Positions 10,701 to 23,676 of a stretch of DNA of 63,992 nucleotides are shown here, one piece after another (position 1 is the first letter of the stretch; each line of letters begins with the position of its first letter). Source of the stretch: Eledone cirrhosa (lineage: Eukaryota); the NCBI GenBank assembly GCA_964016885.1, contig OZ024740.1:430652001-430715992 (forward strand), read 5' to 3'. The notes beneath the pieces are model-generated. The model was given only the letters and a program-made list of their open reading frames with translations. It was not told the origin of the DNA and ran no database searches. Position numbers and translations under genes: made by a program.

Positions 10701-13481
10701 ATAGGCAACCATGTGCATTCGTGGACAGCTTAACATCTTGTCCCTTTCTCTAATGAAGAACCTATCTAAATACGATCTAGATGTCCCGCTGTGGTTTACC
10801 CACGTCCACTGTGGGGCAGTCGGGAAATCCAGTCGATACCTATCGGCCAGTTGGAATTGGCCGATTAAAGTTTTGAGGCTGTTGCACCCCGCTCTACTGG
10901 GACATGCTCCCACATAGTCCCATCGTTAATCTAGGATAGCATTCCAGTCCCCCACTAAAAGTAAGGAGCGAGAAAAGACTCTAGATGCTTAAAGAAGTCT
11001 GGCCGTGATTGCGATTGCCCGGTCGGGGCATAAACGGCCACCAGTCTGAAGACTCCACCTCCAATACTGTTCACGTCTAGGACTACCAGTCTACCCTCCG
11101 GGTCCAAGTGTACTTGCTGTACTTCGACGTCCAGGTTCTTCCGAAACATGACAGCCACTCCACCCCCACCTCCTGGCTGACAGAGAGATGCGTAGATCTC
11201 AAAGTCGTCGAAGATGGGGGTTAGTTGCTGCCTGTTGTGGATCCTGGACTTGGTGAGGGCTATCACATCCATACCGTGTGACCTAAGGTTGTTTAAAAGT
11301 TGTTTCCAGGGCATCCCTAGGCCACGCACATTCACGCTTCCAACTCGTAAACTAGCTATGTTGGTGAAGAAGAGTTGGAGAAAAAGGACGAAAGGCGCAC
11401 TTACCTTTTCGTTTCCTGGAGATCGGGTTGTTCAATCTCCATTTGGGTGCTGGATGGGGTGTTGGGTGGGGTGGGGAAACATTTTAACAGGACGCGGTTG
11501 ATGGGTTTCTGGCAGGGGTTGCTCACGTCCTGTGAAAATTTATTTTTTAGGTCATTATAGGTTTCCATAGAAACCCTTATAAGTTTAAGGTGTGGAGACG
11601 ATTCTGCCTCGACGAAAGTTTTGCCCTCCGTCTCCACCTTGGGGTTTTGGGAGATGACCATCAAACACTTGTTGTTTGTGTTGATGTATGCGTATTGTTG
11701 TTTGTGTTTTTGTTGTGTTGTTTTAGTTTGTTGTTCGTCCGGGAGTTTTCTTTTTATGGTGGGTGCTTGTGTTTGAGGTGGTGTTGGTGTTGGTTTTGCT
11801 GGTAGGGGGATGTTTGACTGTGGTGTTGTTTGTGTTGTTTGTGTCTGTGGTTGTGTGTTGGTGTTGGTGATTGGAGTTTTGGGGGTTTTGTGGTGTGTCT
11901 TTTTTTGTTTTTTAGATTTCCGCGGCTCTCCCTCTTCTTCACTTAAAGAAGGAGAAGCAGCTTCATCTGTCGATGAATAATCATCGTCAGGAGTGTGGGG
12001 TAGGGGTATGTTGTGTGGTGGTGGTGTGTGTGTTTGTGGTAGTGTTTGATGGAGTGGGATGGGGTGGGGAAGTGTTCTTCAGGGGTGTTGTCTCTGTTTT
12101 TTCTGTTGTTGTTGGTTGAGTGGCTGTTTGTTTTGGTGTGGTTGCTAGTTTCGTCTGTCGTTGTACTTGTGGTGGTGGTTGTTTTGGTGTTGGTGTTGGT
12201 AATAGTGTTTTTTTAATGATGTTGTGTGTTTGTGAAGGACAAGAGGCTTTTAGGAGTGCTGTGCTACCACAGCGAAAGCAATTAAATTTTCGTCCTTCTA
12301 CCGTAATGTTTATTTTGTTGTTATCATCGATGACGACTCTTTTGGGTATTTTGGAGATTCTCTCCGGCCTCATTTGCAACAGAATCTCCAAATTAGTACC
12401 CGCCCACCTTTGTCGAATAGACTTTCGTATCGAAAGAATCATATCAGTTTCTGGCTCTACGAAGCCAGCTAAGATCCACCAGATGTTAATGTTTGGTGGT
12501 ATATTTTTAATTTTTATTTTTTGTGTCCTTTTTCCCATGTATGTAGGGAAAAAGGTGAATGCTTTTGACACTATTGGTGTCACAGAATGTTTTGGGGCGA
12601 GTGCCTCGCTTTTAAACAGTACGGAAACACTTCCGTACTGTTTTCCTCGTTGGAGAAATTCGATATTTGCTAGAATTTCTTTCAAGGTATTTTCTATATC
12701 TCCTTGGCTAACAAATATCGGCTTTCTCATGGTATTGGACACAGTCCTAAAGATCATTGATCTTAGAACTGTGTCTTCTTTTATTTCAAGGGGTGAGTTA
12801 ATTCTAAACCCACCCTTTTCTTCGAAAGTTACAAATTTTCTCCCTTGCTGGAGCATATTTCTTGCATTGGAGATGTCAAGATTTATAAAATCTTGTTTTT
12901 TGTTCACTGTTTCAGCGAAAGACATTTTTTTGTGTGGTGTTGCTGTTGTTGTTGTTGTTGTTATCGTTGTTAGCCTCGGTGTTGGAAATCTCAATTCCTT
13001 GACGAGGTGAAACATTATGTGTAGATGTATCTGTGGAGTTGTTGATGTCTTTTTCATGTGTATGTATATTAATGGGTTTAATTCCTGTGTTTTCATTTAT
13101 TTTTTCTGCTTCGACGGTAGAAATTGTACAATTTTCAAGTGGTAATATTTTTTCCTCTTTGTTGACAGTCGTATCTATAGTAGCAGAAACAGATATAACG
13201 TTAAAATCTGCTTCTTTCTCTCTCTTTTCTCTGTTGACGTTCTCCAGCGTTCCCTTCGTGTTATTCATGTTTTATAGTTGGCAAAATTTGATATTTTAAA
13301 ACAATTTTTAAATTAAATTTTCACCCCTAAAGGGGCGAAAAATAGGATTACCACCCAGCTGACAATTCAGCTTGGGGCCTAATCTACAAAATAATATGTT
13401 TTTTCAAACAATTTGTTCTGTTTTTCGTATATAAATTTACAAAAAATCTTACCGCCGATGTTCCACGCGTCAGGCAGAAAG
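7724..13481 (-). mobile_element. Near full-length Tx1/L1-clade non-LTR retrotransposon (disrupted ORF1 and ORF2)
   Basis: ORF1 region (~11987-13268) has a degenerate zinc knuckle CFRCGSTALLKASC. APE endonuclease motifs: VNVRGL, GGGVAV, AVYAP, SYLDRF, SDHKLV. RT motifs: NFRPITLL, LDQSKAFDRV, IRQG.LLS, YADD. C-terminal CPRC..ET..H...C. The 3' end has AATAAAGAAA and both flanks are (TATC)n. Confidence 0.92.
8104..9963 (-). pseudogene. Tx1-like ORF2 reverse transcriptase and C-terminal zinc-binding domain (largest intact segment)
   Basis: 619-aa ORF with non-LTR RT motifs including YADD. The upstream APE part is split by stops and frameshifts (ORFs 9993-10403, 10566-10913, 10955-11335). Confidence 0.88.
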
Positions 13482-14128
13482 AGAGATAGATAGATATATA
13501 ATTATGAGTGCATTCCCGATGTAAATCAGGAGGTGACCACCGTTAAAAAAGGTACTCAATACGTGGGTAGAGTATAGGCATATTTTTTTTTTTTATAGAA
13601 ATGACTTCTACAGGACTAGAACTGTTTCATTCATAAGAAATACTTTATCATGGTTAAGTTGTGAGCCTTGTTACTCTGTAGATTCAGCTGTTCACTCACA
13701 AGATCTCCAGACAAGATAAGGTCTTCTGATGTCCATCTTATCCATTGGTCTTGAACACCTCCTTTGTTTTATTTAGTTAAAAGTAACAGCAACATCTTCA
13801 AAGATCCTCTGCGCTTTGACAGGTTTTGTTTTTCATCCCACAAAGCATAAAAAAATCACCCTTCTCATCAAGCAAGTTTGGCAGGGTCACTAGTTTAGTT
13901 GAAGACCCAACCATATGACAGGTACTAGATTACATCAGTAGCGCCCATGAGTGACCTCACACAGATGTGTCTGTCATATGTGTGCAGGTTATTGTGTATT
14001 TACATGATAGCAACACAAGTTGATTTATCTGAATTAACCAAAACAACAATGCATGAAATTAATTGGTTCAGAATGACAATTAATTTAATAATTAATTATG
14101 AAAGGACTGTGAACAGAAGGCATAGAAA

Positions 14129-16582
14129 ATGTGGTCACTGGACCATAACAGTTACTAATACACCACACTACAGATGTGGTCACTGGTCCATAACAGTTAC
14201 TAATATAACACACTACAGATGTGGTCACTGGACCATAACAGTTACTAATATAACACACTACAGATGTGGTCACTGGTCCATAATAGTTACTAATACACCA
14301 CACTACAGATGTGGTCACTGGACCATAACAGTTACTAATACACCACACTACAGATGTGGTCACTGGTCCATAACAGTTACTAATATAACACACTACAGAT
14401 GTGGTCACTGGACCATAACAGTTACTAATATAACACACTACAGATGTGGTCACTGGTCCATAATAGTTACTAATACAACACACTACAGATGTGGTCACTG
14501 GACCATAACAGTTACTAATATAACACACTACAGATATGGTCACTGGACCATAACAGTTACTAATATAACACTACAGATGTGGTCACTGGACCATAACATT
14601 TACTAATACACCACACTACAGATGTGGTCACTGGACCATAACGGTTACTAATACACCACACTACAGATGTGGTCACTGGTCCATAACAGTTACTAATACA
14701 ACACACTACAGATGTGGTCACTGGACCATAGCAGTTACTAATATAACACACTACAGATGTGGTCACTGGTCCATAACAGTTACTAATACACCACACTACA
14801 GATGTGGTCACTGGTCCATAACAGTTACTAATACACCACACTACAGATGTGGTCACTGGACCATAACAGTTACTAATACACCACACTACAGATGTGGTCA
14901 CTGGACCATAACAGTTACTAATATACCACACTACAGATGTGGTCACTGGACCATAACAGTTACTAATACACCACACTACAGATGTGGTCACTGGTCCATA
15001 ACAGTTACTAATACAACACACTACAGATGTGGTCACTGGTCCATAATAGTTACTAATATACCACACTACAGATGTGGTCACTGGACCATAACAGTTACTA
15101 ATACAACACATTACAGATGTGGTCACTGGACCATAACAGTTACTAATACAACACATTACAGATGTGGTCACTGGACCATAACAGTTACTAATACACCACA
15201 CTACAGATGTGGTCACTGGTCCATAACAGTTACTAATATAACACACTACAGATGTGGTCACTGGACCATAACAGTTACTAATACACCACACTACAGATGT
15301 GGTCACTGGACCATAACAGTTACTAATACACCACACTACAGATGTGGTCACTGGACCATAACAGTTACTAATACACCACACTACAGATATGGTCACTGGA
15401 CCATAACAGTTACTAATACACCACACTACAGATGTGGTCACTGGACCATAACAGTTACTAATATAACACACTACAGATGTGGTCACTGGTCCATAACAGT
15501 TACTAATACAACACACTACAGATGTGGTCACTGGACCATAACAGTTACTAATACACCACACTACAGATGTCACTGGACCATAACAGTTACTAATACAACA
15601 CACTACAGATGTGGTCACTGGACCATAACAGTTACTAATATACCACACTACAGATGTGGTCACTGGACCATAACAGTTACTAATACACCACACTACAGAT
15701 GTGGTCACTGGACCATAACAGTTACTAATACAACACACTACAGATGTGGTCACTGGTCCATAACAGTTACTAATATACCACACTACAGATGTGGTCACTG
15801 GACCATAACAGTTACTAATACAACACACTACAGATGTGGTCACTGGACCATAACAGTTACTAATACAACACACTACAGATGTGGTCACTGGACCATAACA
15901 GTTACTAATATACCACACTACAGATGTGGTCACTGGACCATAACAGTTACTAATACAACACACTACAGATGTGGTCACTGGACCATAACAGTTACTAATA
16001 AACCACACTACAGATGTGGTCACTGGACCATAACAGTTACTAATACACCACACTACAGATGTGGTCACTGGTCCATAACAGTTACTAATATACCACACTA
16101 CAGATGTGGTCACTGGACCATAACAGTTACTAATACAACACACTACAGATGTGGTCACTGGACCATAACAGTTACTAATACACCACACTACAGATGTGGT
16201 CACTGGTCCATAACAGTTACTAATATACCACACTACAGATGTGGTCACTGGACCATAACAGTTACTAATACAACACACTACAGATGTGGTCACTGGACCA
16301 TAACAGTTACTAATACAACACACTACAGATGTGGTCACTGGTCCATAATAGTTACTAATACACCACACTACAGATGTGGTCACTGGACCATAACAGTTAC
16401 TAATATACCACACTACAGATGTGGTCACTGGACCATAACAGTTACTAATACAACACACTACAGATGTGGTCACTGGACCATAACAGTTACTAATACAACA
16501 CACTACAGATGTGGTCACTGGACCATAACAGTTACTAATATACCACACTACAGATGTGGTCACTGGACCATAACAGTTACTA
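14129..16582. repeat. 45-bp minisatellite, ~54 copies
   Basis: Unit GTGGTCACTGGACCATAACAGTTACTAATACACCACACTACAGAT repeated head-to-tail with few variant sites. Confidence 0.97.
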
Positions 16583-16584
16583 AG

Positions 16585-16905
16585 TCAAGTATGCTTCAAT
16601 GGATGTGCAATGTTAGTGTTCATGAGCGACATAGCATAAGCAAATTGATGGAAAAACTTGGCATAAGAGGAAATGGTTGTGGGCAAGAGAGAAGACTGTT
16701 AGTATGGACATGTGATGCACATGAAGATAACAGCTGCATAAAGAAATACAGAGAAACCCCAGCGGCTGGGACCCATGGAAATTACAGACACAGGAAGACA
16801 TGGGATGAGGCTGTGAAAACTGACCTTAAAAAATCTAAACCTCACAACAGAAATGATTAAAGACCTCAAGGGCTGACCCTATGCTGTGCTGAAGAAGACC
16901 CAACC
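16585..16905 (+). mobile_element. Degraded RTE-clade LINE 3' fragment
   Basis: SMLQWMCNV..EKLGIRG..QERRL..RKTWDEAVKTDL is homologous to the RTE ORF at 55855-56786. Confidence 0.75.
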
Positions 16906-17094
16906 TATAGCATATGTGGCCTGACCTATCGCTGTGTCCACCCTTCCACTGGCACTAACCGCTATTCTCAACATCACTATATCACCTTCACTACACACAC
17001 ATGCATGTCCTCTCCTTCAGCACTCACTCTTAACCGCTGCTCCCTTAAAAGTCTCTTGCTATCGTTGAAGGGCTGAAACACTAGCTTAAGGAGA

Positions 17095-17767
17095 GTTTCT
17101 TCTCTGAAGACCTACTGCTGTCCAGCTCTCTTCAGAGTTTCTTCTCTGAAGACCTTTTGCTGTCCAGCTCTCCTGACAGTTTCTTCTCTGAAGACCTTCT
17201 GTTGCCCAGCTCACCTGACAGTTTCTTCTCTGAAGACCTTCTGCTGTCCAGCTCTCCTAACAGTTTCTTCTCTGAAGACCTTCTATTGCCCAGCTCACCT
17301 GACAGTTTCTTCTCTGAAGACCTTCTGCTGTCCAGCTCTCCTGACAGTTTCTTCTCTGAAGACCTTCTGCTGTCCAGCTCTCCTTACAGTTTATTCTCTG
17401 AAGACCTTCTGCTGCCCAGCTCTCCTGACAGTTTCTTCTCTGAAGATCTGCTTCCCAGCTCTCCTCAGAGTTTCCTCTCTGAAGACCTGCTGTCCAGCTC
17501 TCCTGACAGTTTCTTCTCTGGAGACCTTCTGCTGTCCAGCTCTCCTCAGAGTTTCTTCTCTGAAGACCTTCTGCTGTCCAGCTCTCCTCAGAGTTTCTTT
17601 TCTGAAGACCTTCTGCTGTCCAGCTCTCCTGACAGTTTCTTCTCAGAAGACCTTCTGCTGTCCAGCTCTCCTCAGAGTTTCTTTTCTGAAGACCTTCTGC
17701 TGTCCAGCTCTCCTGACAGTTTCTTCTCAGAAGACCTTCTGCTGTCCAGCTCTCCTCAGAGTTTCTT
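17095..17767. repeat. 42-bp minisatellite, ~16 copies
   Basis: Unit GTTTCTTCTCTGAAGACCTTCTGCTGTCCAGCTCTCCTGACA. Confidence 0.95.
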
Positions 17768-18137
17768 ACCACTGCATATCTACTACATATGAAATCCTTC
17801 ATCTCTGACAGCTTGTCTGTGATCTCACTACACCTCTTATGCTTACATTTGGGTCCACTAAAATGTCTCCCTACTCCTTTTCTGATTATTGAGCATATGG
17901 CCAGATACTCTAAGATCTTTTGACTCTAAACCTTGCCTTCACATTTGGGATTTTCTCTCTAATTCTTCAACTGATACACCTATGAGAATTAGGTTACTAA
18001 CACACAGGTGTTGCTATAGATAGATGGTCTTAAACTTCTCTTTTATGGCTTCAGTGAAAACACACACACATTCAGAGAGAGATTTTAAAGAACATTTCCT
18101 TTTGTGTTACATGTTTCTGGGTTAAGATTGTTGTCAG

Positions 18138-20060
18138 CATCATCATCACTTCCATTTTTCATGCTTGCATGGATTGGATGGGTCCTTTTCAGTGCAGTAT
18201 CTCTCCATTTTCTGTGTTCCTTCGTCATATCCTCAGTGAGTCTCACTGATTTGAGATCAGCTCTCACCACCTCTGCCCAGGTCTTCCTTGGTCATCCTCT
18301 AATGTGGCTTCCTTCTACTGAGATTTCCTGGCATTTCTTCACCCAGCAATCACTATCCATGTAAATCACATGTCCATACCAATGCAGTCTTCTCTCATGC
18401 ACACCACTTCAGATTCCTCTTAAACCCAGTTTCTCTCTCATATTTACATTGCACATGCAACAAAGCATGGTTCATTTCTCTCCAGTCTACACATGTCCTC
18501 TGCAGTCACTGCCCATGTTTCACTACCATGTATCACCACATGTCCTCTGCAGTCACTGCCCATGTCTCACTACCATGTAGCACCACATGTCCTCTACAGT
18601 CACAGCCCATTTTTTACTACCATGTAGCACCACATGTCATCTACAGTCACAGCCCATGTCTCACTACCATGTAGCACCACATGTCCTCTGCAGTCACTGC
18701 CCATGTCTCACTACCACGTAGCACCATATGTCCTCTGCAGTCACTGCCCATGTCCCACTACCATGTAGCACCACATGTCCTCTACAGTCACTGCCCATGT
18801 CTCACTACAATGTAGCACCACGTCCTCTGCAGTCACTGCCCATGTTTTACTACCATGTAGCACCACATGTCCTCTGCAGTCACTGCCCATGTCTCACTAC
18901 CATGTAGCACCACATGTCCTCTACAGTCACAGCCCATGTTTTACTACCATGTAGCACCACATGTCCTCTGCAGTCACTGCCTATGTTTTACTACCATGTA
19001 GCACCACATGTCCTCTACAGTCACAGCCCATGTTTTACTACCATGTAGCACCACATGTCCTCTACAGTCACAGCCCATGTTTTACTACCATGTAGCACTA
19101 CATGTCCTCTGCAGTCTCAGCCCATGTTTTACTACCATGTAGCACCACATGTCCTCTGCAGTCACTGTCCATGTCTCACTACCATGTAGCACCACATGTC
19201 CTCTGCAGTCACTGTCCATGTCTCACTACCATGTAGCACCACATGTCCTCTACAGTCACAGCCCATGTTTTACTATCATGTAGCACTACATGTCCTCTGC
19301 AGTCTCAGCCCACGTTTTACTACCATGTAGCACTACATGTCCTCTGCAGTCACTGCCTATGTTTTACTACCATGTAGCACCACATGTCCTCTGCAATCAC
19401 TGCCTATGTTTTACTACCATGTAGCACCACATGTCCTCTGTAGTCATTGCCTATGTTTTACTACCATGTAGCACCACATGTCCTCTACAGTCACAGCCCA
19501 TGTTTTACTACCATGTAGCACTACATGTCCTCTGCAATCTCAGCCCATGTTTTACTACCATGTAGCACCACGTGTCCTCTGCAGTCACTGTCCGTCTCAC
19601 TACCATGTAGCACCACATGTCCTCTACAGTCACAGCCCATGTTTTACTACCATGTAGCACCACATGTCCTCTGCAGTCACTGCCTATGTTTTACTACCAC
19701 GCAGCATCACACAGGTGTCACGCAGCTTTCCTTTTGTATATAGGGAGATGCCTTTCATTGTCAACAGTGGGAGTAACTCTCTAAACTCCATCCTATCCTT
19801 ATTCTAGCTATTGTCCTCTCAAAGCAGCCTCCTCTGCTGCTAATTAAGCCATCTATATAGTTGAAGCTATCAACCACTTCTATGGATCCTTCCTATAACT
19901 GGAAAAGGTTTATATCACTGACACTCTTCTCGTTGAATACCCCTGTGCATCTTCTACATACAGTCTTCCCTTCCTGTTAGTTTACCATTATTCCACTACT
20001 TCTCTTGTGTACCCAGTATTTACTTTGTGAACATCGTATGAAGTCTGTCTACCATGGATC
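18138..20060 (-). mobile_element. Degraded RTE-clade LINE containing an internal minisatellite expansion
   Basis: It has a (CAT)n tail at ~18138 and reads VVRADLKS.. on the minus strand. Sequence on both sides of the 47-bp array is colinear with the RTE C-terminal region. Confidence 0.75.
18490..19702. repeat. 47-bp minisatellite, ~26 copies, derived from RTE coding sequence
   Basis: Unit CATGTCCTCTGCAGTCACTGCCCATGTCTCACTACCATGTAGCACCA. Its reverse complement encodes VLHGSETWAVTAEDM. Confidence 0.93.
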
Positions 20061-20097
20061 ACCATCTTGTGCTGTCCTTAAATATTTACTGTTTTAA

Positions 20098-20513
20098 CCC
20101 TTTAGCATTTAAACCAGCTGTATCCGGCCAGAATTATCTCACTTCTTTCTGTTCAAACTGGCCATCACTGGCCACTCATATTTATGTTAAGGTATTGTTC
20201 TTAAAATAAATAATATGAAAATCCCATAGATTCGATATTAAGTGAGATAATTATGTGAGATAAAGTATTTACTGTGAAATTAGATAAAGTATTTACTGTA
20301 AATATAGAATAATTGTTTCTACTTTTGGCACCAGGCCACCAATTATCCCAGTGTATTACTGGTACTTTATTTTATCGACCCCCATAAGGATGAAAGGCAA
20401 AGTTAACCTTGGCGGGATTTGAACTCAGATCATAAAGGGAGGTAACTCTATGCTTCAAAGCATGGCGCCCGACCCTCTACCTATACTGCCAGAATAATGC
20501 AAATGATAAAGGG
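20098..20513. mobile_element. TTAA-flanked (piggyBac-type) MITE with a nested SINE (~20310-20490)
   Basis: TTAA-CCCTTTAGCATTT ... AAATGATAAAGGG-TTAA. Related partial copies occur at ~21130-21252 and ~48070-48286. Confidence 0.7.
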
Positions 20514-20684
20514 TTAAGTCTGTCCAATTCTTGATATTATCAATTCACATAATTGTTGCTTTTCCTCTTCCTCCCTTCCTCTTCTTTCTTTCTATAACAA
20601 TTTCTGTAAACCATTTTTTTTTTTTTCTAATTTAATGTCTACAATATTTTAGTTGTTATTCTTTAATTCAGTGTTCTTACCAAC

Positions 20685-20885
20685 CCTTTGCCTATGGTCA
20701 TGAATCTTGGGTAGTGACTTGAAAGAATACAATCGCAAGTGGCCAAAATGGGGTTCCTCCAAAGGGTCATTGTAGCAACATTACTTGATAGAGTGCGTGG
20801 CTCGGAGATCAGAGAGTCACTCCAGGTAGAACCACTACTTCTCCAAATTGAGAGATCACAGCTCCAATACTATGGATATGTTGTT
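20685..20885 (+). mobile_element. Fragment of a second RTE-clade family
   Basis: YGHESW..MGFLQRV..LLDRVRGSEIRESLQVEPLLLQIERSQLQYYG is a typical RTE post-RT region and is distinct from the other RTE copies here. Confidence 0.65.
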
Positions 20886-20979
20886 ACAGCTCACACCTAT
20901 GCACGTTTAGCTGGCCTCCTCTAAGGTATATCTCGTAGGAGGTGTCTTGGGTGATTTAATGATAGGTAACCCACTCCCT

Positions 20980-21128
20980 ATCATCTCATTTCTACAGCTG
21001 AGTAAACTGGAGCAATGTGAAATAAAGTGTCTTGCTCAAGGAAACAACACATCACCCGGTCTGAGAATTGAACTCACAACCTTTCGATTGCAAGGCTAAT
21101 GCTCTAACCACTAAGCCATGTGCCTCCT
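20980..21128 (-). mobile_element. tRNA-derived SINE head
   Basis: The reverse complement has A-box TGGCTTAGTGG and B-box GTTCAATTC. It is homologous to 61957-62110. Confidence 0.7.
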
Positions 21129-21320
21129 GATATTATTTATTTTGAGAACAATACCTTAACATCAGTATGAGTGGCTGGTTACAGCCAGTTTAAACAGAAA
21201 AATGTGAGAGGATTCTGGCCGGATATGGCCGGTTTAAATGCTAAAGGGTTAAAGTCTTGTAATCTATTGATAATACTTTTACTAATGTCCAGACATTAGT
21301 TCCATATAACTGACTAATCC

Positions 21321-22213
21321 ATCATCATCATCATCATCGTTTAATGTCCATATTCCACGCTTGCATGGGTTTGGACGGGAATTTTCCCACTTGAGGCAAG
21401 AGTGGTTGTCTTGCTCGCATAGGACTGTCTGGCGGGTTTTCTACAGCTGGATGCCCTTCCTAACACCAACCACATTTACAGTGTGGACTGGGAGGTTTTT
21501 TACCGTGTTGCCTACACGGCCACATTACAGCGTGGACTGTGTGTTTTTTGTCGTGACACCTACACGACCTCATTTGTTTCGGGCTGGTTGTTGTGGTACC
21601 AACATAACTTTACATTGAAAGGGGTGGTGTGGATGGGGTGGGGGTAGTGGGACGGGGTGTATTTTGTTAGAGGTGCCTACTGACTGTGGTAGGTTTCACT
21701 TTGCACTTAGGTAATCATCATCATCGTTTAACGTCCATGTTCCACGCTTGCATGGGTTTGGACGGGAGTTTTCCCACTTGAGGCAAGAGTCATTGTCTTG
21801 CTCGCATAGGACTGTCTGGCGGGTTTTCTACAGCTGGATGCCCTTCCTAACACCAACCACATTTACAGTGTGGGACTGGGAGGTTTTTACCGTGTTGCCT
21901 ACACGGCCACATTACAGAGTGGACTGTCTGGCGGGTTTTCTACAGCTGGATGCCCTTCCTAACACCAACCACATTTACAGTGTGGGACTGGGAGGTTTTT
22001 ACCGTGTTGCCTACACGGCCACATTACAGCGTGGACTGTGTGTTTTTTTGTCGTGACACCTACACGATCTCATTTGTTTTGGCCTGGATGTTGTGGCACC
22101 AACATAACTTTACATTGAAAGGGGTGGTGTGGATGGGGTGGGGGTGGTGGGACGGGGGTGTATTTTGTTAGAGATGCCTACTGACTGTAGTAGGTTTTAC
22201 TTTGTATTTAGGT
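21321..22213. repeat. Tandem duplication of a ~390-bp SINE-containing unit, second copy with an internal ~114-bp duplication
   Basis: 21321-21713 is repeated at 21714-22213, and ORFs 21361 and 21748 are nearly identical. Confidence 0.85.
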
Positions 22214-22719
22214 AAGGCGGGTCTTCTCTATTACTGAGTACCGCCAAAGATCTCGGTCCAGTGACATTGTCTTGGAGAGGTGTAAGTGTGTGAGGTCGGA
22301 ATTTATCAAGTCGTCCCAGGTTTTTCTGGGTCTGCCTACTCCGTGGCTATAACATTTTAATAATATATAACATTTTAATAATCTTAATCTTTTTCTGGTC
22401 AACATACTAACATCTTTTGTAATGCTAGTATGTTTATATGTTTGACATTTCTTTTCAAATGGCTTTCTAGATTATCTCAACCTTTTTGATTTTCTGTTTC
22501 ACCTTACCTACCTTCTGATTACATAGATCTCAGGTGTCAGTAGATCTCAAGTGTTCAATTAGCTTTCTATCAAGTGTAACATTTATTTTTAGGTGACTGT
22601 TGTTCTTGATGATTTGTTGACAGTTAATTAGGTAGTATTATCACATATATAATGTTCATACATTTTTATTGAAACTCTGGGCCTGTCATCTACTTCTCTC
22701 ATGACATTCTCAATGTATA

Positions 22720-23190
22720 CAAGGGTCTCCTGAAAAGTTCATAGGCTGACCAAGTGGAATGACCAGATGAAGTTTATTTTTCAACAAAATCCCTGGAAGA
22801 AATAATTTTTTCTACTTTTGGCACAAGGCCAGCAATTATCTCAGTGCATTACTGGTACTTTATTTTTTCGACCCCATAAGAATGAAAAGCAAAGTTAGCC
22901 TCAGCGGGATTTGAACTCAGATGTAAAAGGCCATAACTCTGGAAAGAAATAATGCAGGTTATTAAGAGTTGGAATTAATGTATACAAGATTTCGTAGCTC
23001 TAGCATCACTCCTTCATAGGCTGACCTAAGATACTCTCATGTAATGATCAAATGAAGCTTATTTTTCAACATAGTCCCTGGAAAGAAACAATGTAGTTAT
23101 TAATAAGAGTTGAAATTAATGCATGCAAGATTTCACAGCTCTAGCATCATTCCTTCATAGTAAGCCTATGAACTTTTCAGCCAACACTCA
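22720..23190. mobile_element. Mariner-type MITE with a nested SINE fragment
   Basis: TA-CAAGGGTCTCCTGAAAAGTTCATAGGCT ... AGCCTATGAACTTTTCAGCCAACACTCA-TA. Same family as 670-844. Confidence 0.65.
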
Positions 23191-23301
23191 TAGGTCAAAT
23201 AAGCTAGGGAATAGTACATAACCTTGGCTGTCTCCTTAATTTTCTATTTTGAGGATATTTCTCCTTCAGTTGTTACAGTTGCTGTTCCTTGTACATTAGA
23301 T

Positions 23302-23490
23302 TGGCAGTATCGGTAGAGGGTCGGACGCCATGCTTTCCAGCATAGTTACGTCCCTTTACGATCTGAGTTCAAATCCCGCCGAGGTTGACTTTGCCTTTCA
23401 TCCTTACGGGGTCGATAAAATAAAGTACCAGTAATGCACTGGGTAATTTGCTGGCCTTGTGCCTAAAGTAGAAACAATTATTGTTATTAT
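23302..23490 (+). mobile_element. SINE (second family)
   Basis: TGGCAGTATCGGTAGAG..GAGTTCAAATCC..TTTGCCTTTCATCC..(ATT)n. Copies also lie at ~20310-20490 (-), 22805-22940 (-), 40805-40990 (+) and 45350-45480 (+). Confidence 0.7.
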
Positions 23491-23676
23491 TTGAAGGTCT
23501 TTATCACATATCATCTGACCTGGCTTCTCTCACAACAGGACAACTCGTCTAACCCATGCTAGCATGGAAAAGTGGATGTTAAAAGGTGATGAAATGACTT
23601 GCTATAGACTATGATATAGTATGATATTTGCTGTATTTTATCACAGATTAGTAAATTTAAAGTGGTTAACATTTCT

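Noticed and set aside
12120-13010. 296-aa plus-strand ORF
   Set aside because: It is the antisense shadow of the Tx1 ORF1.
14560-16563. 667-aa Cys-rich repetitive ORF (and ORF 13947-14606)
   Set aside because: It is a by-product of a 45-bp unit lacking stops in one frame. There is no unique N- or C-terminal domain and no splice context.
17095-17767. 42-bp repeat as a tandem hammerhead array or a Ser/Leu-rich protein
   Set aside because: CTGAAGA (+) and CTGAGGA..GAAAC (-) occur, but I could not form stems I-III. The ORF is purely repeat-derived.
21621-21658. G-quadruplex-like G-runs (also ~22121-22159)
   Set aside because: They lie inside a duplicated repeat, and nothing in the sequence suggests function.
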